Below, piece after piece: positions 38,719-45,822 of a stretch of 45,822 nucleotides of DNA (its first letter is position 1; each line of letters opens with the position of its first letter). The stretch lies in the IMG/VR virus record IMGVR_UViG_3300017766_001602, positions 1-45,822 of that record; one strand, 5' to 3'. The DNA comes from a virus (taxonomy: Duplodnaviria; Caudoviricetes). Made by a program: the position numbers and the translations under genes. Below the pieces are notes generated by a model. That model saw only the letters and a program-made list of their open reading frames with translations. It ran no database searches and was not told the DNA's origin.

Positions 38719-40611
38719 ATGCCAACTGTTCCTACCGTTGATTTCATTGGCTCGCCGCAGTTCTTCGGTGAGGGACTGAACGGTGCGAACCGGGCCGTGC
38801 AGACGGCTGAGGAGCAGATCAATCTCTCCGAGGAGTACATCCGCCGCCTTGGCGACATGGTGGGCGGCATCGAGGTGCCGGTCATCAACCCGGCCTTCCC
38901 AGAGGTCGGCGGCGCTCCGTCCATCACCACCGTTCCAATGCCCTCGCTCGACGACATCGAGTGGGTGCAGCCGCCGATGCCTGAGGCGTTCACTGGCACC
39001 CTGACCATCGACGACATCATGCCGGAGCCCTTCGAGGAGGACGCGCCGCTGATGGTCTTCCCTGCGGCCCCTACAGAGCCCTCAGAGGAAGCGCCTGAGG
39101 TGCCGGGGATCGATCTGGTCTACACGGAGCCCGAGCTGGAGGTAACCCTGCCAGCGGCCCCCCAATTGCTGTCTATCAGCGTCGGGCGCTTCACCGGCCT
39201 GAACATCCCCACGTTCGACGCCGACATGCCTGACCTCGTGGTCACCGAGCCCGGCCCGTTCAACTTCACGCCCGGCGCGGCCTACACGTCGGCGCTGCTC
39301 ACGTACATGCGGGATCGTGCGGCCAATGGAGGCACCGGCCTCAACGCCGATGTCGAGAATGCGATCTGGGATCGCGCCCGTGAGCGCGAGTACCGGCAGA
39401 AGAACGACGCCCTCTTGGCGCTCGATGACTTCGAAGCTCTGGGCTACTCCTTCCCGCCCGGCGTCTACCTCGACGCGCGGGTCAAGATCGAGACCGAGAT
39501 CAACTACAACATCTCGACCGTCTCGCGCGAGATCATGGTCAAGCAGGCCGAGCTGGAACAGACCAACATCGAGAATGCGCTGAAGAACGCCACGCAGCTC
39601 GAAGGCCAGATGATCACCTCCTACAACCAGTATCAGGAGCGCCTGTTTCAGGCGGCCAAGACGGCTGTCGAGGTCAACGTCGAAATCTATAACGCCAAGG
39701 TACGATCGTATGGCGCGATGGTGGATGCGTACAAGACACGCGCCGCTGTCTATGAGGCTCAGGTCCGCGCCGAGGTGACCAAGGTCGAGGCATACAAAGC
39801 AGAGGTGGATGCCGAGCTTGCCAAGGCGCAGGTGAACCGCGCCATCGTGGATAGCTACAAGGCGCAGATCGACGCGGCGCTGTCGAACATCGAAATCTTC
39901 AAGGCGCGTCTCGCCGGTATCCAGACCAAGGCCGACATCGAGAAGGCGAAAATCCAAATCTACGGTGAGCAGGTCCGCGCGTATCTCGGCAAGATCAACA
40001 TCTACAGCGCGCAGATCGAGGCTTACAAAGCGCAGGTGCAGACCGAGGGCGTGAAGCAGGAAGCGTTCAAGTCACAAGTGCAGGCATACGTCGCACAGGT
40101 GGAAGCTGGCTCGAAGGTCAGCGAGGCGCGCATCCGCGAATTCGAGGCACGCATCAGCGCCAAGGGCATCGAGTACGACGCATTCAAGTCTCGTGTGCAG
40201 GCAGAGAGCGCCCGCGTGCAGGGTATCGCTGCGGCCAACCAAGCGGTGATCGAGGGCTTCAAGGCTGAGGTCTCCGGCGTCTCGGCTTACAACGAAGCGC
40301 TCACGAAACAGTGGGAAGCCCAGATCACACTGGCCGCGCGGATCGCTGAGATCGGTGTGCAGACTGCGAAGATGAATGCTGAGCTGTATATCACGGCCCG
40401 GCAGATCGCCATCGAGGCCGCCAAGGTCGGCGCTCAGGTGTCGGCGCAATTGGGTGCTGCGGCGCTCAACGCGATCAACTATAACAACTCGATCAGCTAC
40501 AGCAACTCGAACAGCTCCTCCCGCAGTGGCACGGCAAGCGACAGCGCCAGCGAGAGCACCAGCAACAGCGAGAGCCGCAGCGAGAACTACAACTACAACA
40601 GCTCTGTCTAA
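38719..40611 (+). CDS. Pro-rich / long coiled-coil virion protein (possible ejection protein)
   Basis: 630 aa; P/E-rich N-third, recurring YKA/FKA periodicity, Ser/Asn tail. Confidence 0.65.
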   Translation: MPTVPTVDFIGSPQFFGEGLNGANRAVQTAEEQINLSEEYIRRLGDMVGGIEVPVINPAFPEVGGAPSITTVPMPSLDDIEWVQPPMPEAFTGTLTIDDIMPEPFEEDAPLMVFPAAPTEPSEEAPEVPGIDLVYTEPELEVTLPAAPQLLSISVGRFTGLNIPTFDADMPDLVVTEPGPFNFTPGAAYTSALLTYMRDRAANGGTGLNADVENAIWDRAREREYRQKNDALLALDDFEALGYSFPPGVYLDARVKIETEINYNISTVSREIMVKQAELEQTNIENALKNATQLEGQMITSYNQYQERLFQAAKTAVEVNVEIYNAKVRSYGAMVDAYKTRAAVYEAQVRAEVTKVEAYKAEVDAELAKAQVNRAIVDSYKAQIDAALSNIEIFKARLAGIQTKADIEKAKIQIYGEQVRAYLGKINIYSAQIEAYKAQVQTEGVKQEAFKSQVQAYVAQVEAGSKVSEARIREFEARISAKGIEYDAFKSRVQAESARVQGIAAANQAVIEGFKAEVSGVSAYNEALTKQWEAQITLAARIAEIGVQTAKMNAELYITARQIAIEAAKVGAQVSAQLGAAALNAINYNNSISYSNSNSSSRSGTASDSASESTSNSESRSENYNYNSSV

Positions 40612-40622
40612 GGAGACATGCT

Positions 40623-41150
40623 ATGGTTTTCCAAGGTCCCACGCCGGAGTTCATGGAAGCTCTCCGGCTCAAGTATTCGATCATGCAGCAGGAGGCCAAC
40701 GACAAGGGCGGCTTGCAGCAGGCGCAGACGCGCTCGACCGACGTGAACACCGAACTCGCGCCCGGCCTCGCCACGGCGCAGATCGGCAAGATGGGTGCCG
40801 AGGCTGGTCTCGATACGGCGCGCGCAGGCGTGGCTCAGGAGACCATCAAGGACATGCGCATCTCGCGTGACAACCCGCTCTACCAGATGGCGCAGATGGC
40901 GTTCCTGCAACAGCAGAACCCGGCCCTGTTCGGCAAGCTGATGGTCGGTGGCGGCTCGATGGCTGTGGGGGCCACACCGGGCGCAGCGCCTGCCAGACCT
41001 GCCCTGCCGACGTTCGGCGGCTACACGCAATCGACGCCGGGCATCTTCCAGCGGGATGATGCGCCTGCACCCTCGTCGTCACTCGATGCTGCTGGTGCGC
41101 AGCGCCTCAAGCGCCAACCTGACTACTGGGGCTTGGGAGCAAATCGTTGA
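40623..41150 (+). CDS. Hypothetical protein, possibly ejected
   Basis: 175 aa Gln/Ala/Gly-rich, AAGGAG RBS. Confidence 0.65.
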   Translation: MVFQGPTPEFMEALRLKYSIMQQEANDKGGLQQAQTRSTDVNTELAPGLATAQIGKMGAEAGLDTARAGVAQETIKDMRISRDNPLYQMAQMAFLQQQNPALFGKLMVGGGSMAVGATPGAAPARPALPTFGGYTQSTPGIFQRDDAPAPSSSLDAAGAQRLKRQPDYWGLGANR

Positions 41151-41195
41151 TCAGTCCCGATGGTTGGACGGAACCTCCTCGGGAGTGCAGTTGTT

Positions 41196-41561
41196 ATGTT
41201 GGAATGGCTGACGCGTCTACCAGACTGGGTTACAGCAGCATGGGTAGCATTCGGAGTATTCGTCGCCGCACAGATCGAGCCATCCCCCGGAGTGTGGATC
41301 GCCTCGTTCGGTGGAGCTTCGTTCGCCATTATGTTCGGACGGGAGCGCAGCTTCGTTGCCGCGCTCTTGCACGCGGCTCTGTGCGTCTGTGTGGGCGTCT
41401 TCGCCTCGCAGCTTGTTGTGGAGTTCGTCGTACTTAAATCACCGCTGGCGAGGAGCGCGGCAGCGTTCTTCCTCGCATTGTTCGCCGAGAAAATCATCGT
41501 TGGTATGAACGATGGAACCGTGTGGAAGGCGTTGCTGTCGTGGAAGGGCATCAAGAAGTGA
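41196..41561 (+). CDS. Multi-TM membrane protein, holin-like
   Basis: About 121 aa, 3-4 TM segments, basic C-terminus KGIKK; start could be 41160. Confidence 0.6.
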   Translation: MLEWLTRLPDWVTAAWVAFGVFVAAQIEPSPGVWIASFGGASFAIMFGRERSFVAALLHAALCVCVGVFASQLVVEFVVLKSPLARSAAAFFLALFAEKIIVGMNDGTVWKALLSWKGIKK

Positions 41562-41998
41562 CACTGTTCACACAAATGAACCTCTGGGCTGAAGCTCATT
41601 TCCCCGGAGTGCTCTGGGCATACATCGAGTGCTTCCTCGGTCTGTCCATGGTTATCATCTCGTTCGCGCAGCGGACGATTGCACCACGCTTCCGTCCCGA
41701 CCTCTCACGGTGCGGTGTTGACCGCATCATGATTTATGTCTCGCAGGCCGGGCTGGTAGCACTAGGCACCATCGGAGCCTTGGTGATGGTAGATGCCATA
41801 ACCAACCCAGTCAGGCCACCACGCATCTTCGCTATAGGCTGCATGACAGCTTACCTGCTGATCCATGGGCGCGTGGTGATCCTGTCGTTCCTCGAACTAT
41901 GGCCGCTGAAATATACTAAGTGGCACCGCCGGTACGGCGCGAAGGTTTATTATGCGGCTGAGTACCAGTTACTTGCCAAAAGATCAGCCGATCCCTAG
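41558..41998 (+). CDS. Membrane protein (about 3 TM)
   Basis: GTGA overlap with the previous gene; hydrophobic segments. Confidence 0.55.
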   Translation: MTLFTQMNLWAEAHFPGVLWAYIECFLGLSMVIISFAQRTIAPRFRPDLSRCGVDRIMIYVSQAGLVALGTIGALVMVDAITNPVRPPRIFAIGCMTAYLLIHGRVVILSFLELWPLKYTKWHRRYGAKVYYAAEYQLLAKRSADP

Positions 41999-42209
41999 CC
42001 TGCTCTCTGGTGTCACCGAAGTAAATCGACCGATAAGTCGCAGCACAAAATTGAAGGCGTCCCTGAGCAATCGGGACGCCCTTTTTATTTTGCAGCACGA
42101 AATACGGCTTGCGACCGGTCTCGACGGGAATGATGCGCATCCTGTCGAGTGGCAGGCCGATCAGGTGCGGCCCGCCCATCATGTCTTCAGGATCGTCCAC
42201 GGTGTGCAT
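41916..42209 (-). CDS. Hypothetical protein
   Basis: 97-aa ORF overlapping the end of the upstream leftward gene and of the convergent gene. Confidence 0.35.
   Translation of the reverse strand: MHTVDDPEDMMGGPHLIGLPLDRMRIIPVETGRKPYFVLQNKKGVPIAQGRLQFCAATYRSIYFGDTREQARDRLIFWQVTGTQPHNKPSRRTGGAT
42056..42090 (+). terminator. Rho-independent terminator closing the late operon
   Basis: GGCGTCCC-tgagcaatc-GGGACGCC-CTTTTTATTT. Confidence 0.75.
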
Positions 42210-42510
42210 CCGCTGCGCTGTTCATCTGGCGGCAGAGTGCGCGAGCCTTATCGCGCCCGGCCATCTCGGTCATGATCTTACCGGTCTCGTTATGTATGAT
42301 GAGATACGGACAGGCCGCGTCGTGCGCGGTGAGCCGTGATGCCGGGTAGAGTGCGCGCTTGCGTTTCAGACGGTACATCGCCGCCTCCTGTGGCGGCTTG
42401 GGAGGGTGCCATGCCACATGGCTGAGGCCGCGTGCAGCGCGTGCCATCGCCTCGGACTTGCCGAACCTCTTGGGTAGCGGCTCGACACTCGTCCAATCAA
42501 CCTGCGTCAT
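42187..42510 (-). CDS. Hypothetical protein
   Basis: From ATG 42510 (MTQVDW...) with GAGG RBS, 107 aa. Confidence 0.5.
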   Translation of the reverse strand: MTQVDWTSVEPLPKRFGKSEAMARAARGLSHVAWHPPKPPQEAAMYRLKRKRALYPASRLTAHDAACPYLIIHNETGKIMTEMAGRDKARALCRQMNSAADAHRGRS

Positions 42511-42706
42511 CGGGCACCTCGATGTTTCCTGCGTTATGAATGAACAGCCGCCCGTTGATGTCCTCAACGACGCAGCGTACTTCGCCGGATCGCTTGCGAA
42601 ACACCGCATCGATCCAGCCTTCGTAGGAATAGTCGCTGCCGTGCACAGTCACACGGCGGCCCTCGTGTTGGTCCAGTTCCTCGGGTCTCAGACGCTCAGC
42701 ACTCAT
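42497..42706 (-). CDS. Small hypothetical protein
   Basis: 69 aa, ATGA overlap with the primase stop; GSDYSYEG...CVVED...LFIHN. Confidence 0.65.
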   Translation of the reverse strand: MSAERLRPEELDQHEGRRVTVHGSDYSYEGWIDAVFRKRSGEVRCVVEDINGRLFIHNAGNIEVPDDAG

Positions 42707-45684
42707 TTGATCACCTTCAGATGTCCACGCTTGTCTTTAGGGTTTTCCGCGAACTCGATGCCCGCGATGTCCGGGTGCGACATGTCGATGGAGAAGCACC
42801 ACGACTGCGCCTTGGCGATGTCGGTGCCAGCACCGAGGACCTTCTTGATCATGCGGTTCGGGATGACCCGCGCCCGCTTGCTCTCGCTGATCTGGATCGG
42901 CGTGTGCAGCGTATCGATGATCTCGCGATGGTTCGCGCCGACCGCCCGGCAGTAATCCTTGAACGCCTTCTGCGAGACGAACATGATGCCCTCGGCCTTG
43001 TCGAGGCGAGCCAGCAGCTCACCACGCGGCTGTTGCGGAACGTTCGCACGTCCGTTGAAGTTGGCATCCGTGATCAGGATATTGCCGTTGATCTTTTCGA
43101 GGAAGTCAGCGAGCACGCCGACCGGAGCCTGATACTCCTCGTGGATCACGCCACGCATCTGCGCCAGCAGCTCACCCATCATATAGCGCCTGATAGCGAC
43201 GACATCCCACGACACGATGCCAAGCATCACCAGTATCTCGCAGGCCACGAGAGCCGTGGCGAAGTAGGCCGACCAGAAGCGTTCGCTGCCTTCGAGCTTG
43301 CCCTCGATGTCCAGCTCCTTCATGAGCTGGCGCACGCGCAGGAATATCTTGTCCTTGTTGGTCACCACATGCGCCATGAAGATTTCGCCGATGTGACCAT
43401 AGTTGCCGTTCATCTCGTGGATGAAGTCGTCGGCCTCGTACTTCTTGTGCACGTACTTGCGCTTGAAGATCATCTCGACGACGCGCATCGAGCCCGCAGC
43501 GCCTGACACGTTCTGCTGCGCCAAGATCGAGTGCAGCGAGCTATTCGCCGTGGTGAGCATGACGGTGGCTTTGTGGCCGCCCTCGGACTTCTTGATCTTG
43601 CCTGACTTCTCCAGCCGCTCGCGGTGGCCGGGCTGCGTGATGCCGAGGCAGAGATCGCTCGCCTGCTTCTGTTCGAGCATCGTCACTTCGTCCACCATGA
43701 CCGGCATGGTCGAGAGCATCAGGGCTTTCTCGAAGCGGTACTTCTCGGTCGCGCCTGTGTTGGTGCCGTTGATCGGGTACATCTCCGGCTGACCCCAGAG
43801 TGATGCTGCCATATACAACGAGGTAGATTTCGCAGCGCCGGGTTCGCCCGATGCGTTGACGACGACGCCGTGCTTGTCGGTCATCCAGAACAGCGGCGCG
43901 GCGAGCGAGCCGAGGATGAACAACTGGTTCTGGATGTAGGCCGGGTGATTGAAGAACTTCAGCAGCTCGACCTGCTTCTGCAACGTGCCTGCCTTGGTAA
44001 CCGTGTCGCTCACATTCTCGGCGCTCTCGCTCAGGAACGATTGCGTCACGCGACCATCGCAGTGCAGCACCTTGTCAGGCAGCACGAATGCTTCGCGGTC
44101 ATTGGTCCATCCTAGATGGGGGTGCTGCTTGTCGGCCTCAGCGGACTTTTGCAGCTCACGGATATAAGCGCTCATGTAGCTCATCACATCCTTGGTGTTT
44201 TCGGGATCTGTGTAAACGCCCTGCCCGGCGAGCTGTTGGGCCAACACACGACTGTCATATAGAGCTGATGCAGTGACGCGGAAAGTGTGCGTCTCTGGAT
44301 CGCGAGGGCGCTTCACGCACCAGTCGATGTACTCCATCTCGTCGCGTGAACTTGCGATGCGGCGCATGGGATACATGTCGTAGGGGATGATCATCTTCTC
44401 GTCGAGAATGCCATCCTTGTTCTTCGTTGTCTTCGTGACGCCTGTACCATCGGGCTTGCGCTTGTAAGGCGCTGGCGGGTTCGGCAGCTCGACCGGCGCA
44501 TCGTTATAGCCCGGTGGCGGCTCCACGACTGGCGGCTCTGCCTCTGCTTCGAGCTGTGCCCAGAACAGCGGCCCCTTGCCTGTGCCGTTCCATTGCTCGG
44601 TGTACTTGCAATCGAAGCACGCATCGGGACCGCAGACCGAGACCATCTTGGCGCATGTCGTCGGGCCGATGTTCTTTGAGACGAGCTGATCCACCTTGCG
44701 CTCGACTTCAGCAGGGTCGTACTGGGGATAGCCACTGCTGAGCAGATGAACGTCGCGCTCCGGGTTAGTCGAGAACCGCATCACTTGTAACGCAGCATAC
44801 CACTCAGGCTCGCTGACATCGCCTTGCAGGTTCATGATCCTGAGCATCTGCGGGCAGGCCGCTGCGATAGCACGTGCAGGCATCGGCGGGCCGTAGGTCT
44901 TTTCGAGGTTCGATCCGAAGCCGTCGTCTTCAGCCAGCGCCCGGCTCTGCACTGTCCTCGATGTGATCCCGATCCCGGCGCTGATCGTGGCGTCACGCAG
45001 GATGTCGAGGATCATATCTGTGGGGTATGAGATCAGCTCCGTCCGCAACTCGATGCGCTTACGTTCGCGACCCGGCTTGTTGTTGTAGGTGCCTACGACG
45101 CGCAGGACCGACGACTGGTCGGAGACGCGCACAGGATCGACACGCAGCTTGTGGTGCACCGTCAGCGCCTTCAGCCGCTCAGCGTAGGGCTTCCAGTCCT
45201 CGGTGGGCATGTCGTCATCCATGCGCCAGTACACGTGGATGCCGTTGCCTGAGCTGACCAGTGTCGGCATCGGCAGGCCGACCAGCTCCATGAACCGTTC
45301 GAGGTCTTCGAGCGCAGCCTTGCGCGTCGAGTAATGCTTGTCGTCATCGACGCCGTTGCAATCGAGATCGAAGAAGAATGTCCGGCACGCCTTCATGTTG
45401 GCGTGAGTGCGGACCTGCTCCTTATCGACGATCTCGCCGGTCTTGCGATCCTTCACCTTGCCGGGGACGGTGCGCTCTTTCAGCGAATGCAGAGTGAACC
45501 AGACGTTGCTTGTCGGGTTATTGGCGCAGAACTCGGCTGCGGTCGTGATGTTCATGAACGACCGGTGTGTGACCGGGCGGATCGGGCGACCCTTGGCATC
45601 GAAGTCTCGGGTCGCGAAATCGTAAGCTATGCAATACGGACCCTCGTCGGGCCACATGTATCTCAGGAATTCTTCGGTGGTCAT
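42703..45684 (-). CDS. Primase-helicase: AEP/RepB-like primase + Cys-rich domain + DUF927 + P-loop ATPase
   Basis: FFFDLD, LVSSGNGIHVYW, VLRVVGTYN primase motifs; CPQ...PTTC...C...C..C; HLGW...FVLP; GEPGAAKS, MVDE, NYGHIG. Confidence 0.85.
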   Translation of the reverse strand: MTTEEFLRYMWPDEGPYCIAYDFATRDFDAKGRPIRPVTHRSFMNITTAAEFCANNPTSNVWFTLHSLKERTVPGKVKDRKTGEIVDKEQVRTHANMKACRTFFFDLDCNGVDDDKHYSTRKAALEDLERFMELVGLPMPTLVSSGNGIHVYWRMDDDMPTEDWKPYAERLKALTVHHKLRVDPVRVSDQSSVLRVVGTYNNKPGRERKRIELRTELISYPTDMILDILRDATISAGIGITSRTVQSRALAEDDGFGSNLEKTYGPPMPARAIAAACPQMLRIMNLQGDVSEPEWYAALQVMRFSTNPERDVHLLSSGYPQYDPAEVERKVDQLVSKNIGPTTCAKMVSVCGPDACFDCKYTEQWNGTGKGPLFWAQLEAEAEPPVVEPPPGYNDAPVELPNPPAPYKRKPDGTGVTKTTKNKDGILDEKMIIPYDMYPMRRIASSRDEMEYIDWCVKRPRDPETHTFRVTASALYDSRVLAQQLAGQGVYTDPENTKDVMSYMSAYIRELQKSAEADKQHPHLGWTNDREAFVLPDKVLHCDGRVTQSFLSESAENVSDTVTKAGTLQKQVELLKFFNHPAYIQNQLFILGSLAAPLFWMTDKHGVVVNASGEPGAAKSTSLYMAASLWGQPEMYPINGTNTGATEKYRFEKALMLSTMPVMVDEVTMLEQKQASDLCLGITQPGHRERLEKSGKIKKSEGGHKATVMLTTANSSLHSILAQQNVSGAAGSMRVVEMIFKRKYVHKKYEADDFIHEMNGNYGHIGEIFMAHVVTNKDKIFLRVRQLMKELDIEGKLEGSERFWSAYFATALVACEILVMLGIVSWDVVAIRRYMMGELLAQMRGVIHEEYQAPVGVLADFLEKINGNILITDANFNGRANVPQQPRGELLARLDKAEGIMFVSQKAFKDYCRAVGANHREIIDTLHTPIQISESKRARVIPNRMIKKVLGAGTDIAKAQSWCFSIDMSHPDIAGIEFAENPKDKRGHLKVIK

Positions 45685-45712
45685 TGCAGGGCCGCATTGG
45701 TCTGGGGATGAA

Positions 45713-45737
45713 AGCGCCCGGCACGGGGCCGGGCGCT
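45713..45737 (-). terminator. Hairpin between upstream gene and primase
   Basis: Minus strand AGCGCCCGGC-CCCGT-GCCGGGCGCT-TTC. Confidence 0.5.
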
Positions 45738-45775
45738 CGTTACGCTATCACGTCTGACCAGAAGACCGGAAGGGG

Positions 45776-45822
45776 CTAGTCGTCCCCCCACGCGCTCAGC
45801 AGACCTTTGACGCCTGCTTTGC
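45776..45822 (-). CDS. 3' end of a truncated leftward gene (SSB-like acidic/aromatic tail)
   Basis: ...KAGVKGLLSAWGDD-stop; only 14 codons visible. Confidence 0.35.
   Translation of the reverse strand, partial: KAGVKGLLSAWGDD

Overview
The window is most of the genome of a GC-rich tailed dsDNA phage with a podovirus-like layout. No tape-measure, sheath, integrase or RNA polymerase gene is recognisable, and the host cannot be fixed from the sequence. Layout: (i) 1-126 is a fragment of a bacterial hldE/rfaE nucleotidyltransferase domain joined abruptly to phage sequence. (ii) 251-5609 is a leftward cluster of small early-type genes, including three tandem paralogs. (iii) 5610-8270 is a mostly non-coding, AT-rich control region with sigma70-like promoters, terminators, one small operon and several repeated motifs. 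(iv) 8272-41998 is a rightward late operon: terminase module with an inserted Acb2-like gene and two micro-ORFs, portal, scaffold, N4-gp56-like capsid, adaptor, a 2180-aa internal virion protein, two GPT-collagen fibres, two paralogous discoidin-like proteins, a methyltransferase-GT2-TPR fusion, a GH108 lysin with membrane proteins, and further tail proteins including a split SPRY-like domain. (v) 41916-45822 holds leftward genes including a primase-DUF927 helicase. Most notable: a candidate fibre-glycosylation locus, the Acb2-like cassette between the terminase genes, and five copies of a 21-bp palindrome, three of them at fixed distance from start codons. All family assignments are by eye from motifs; no searches were run.
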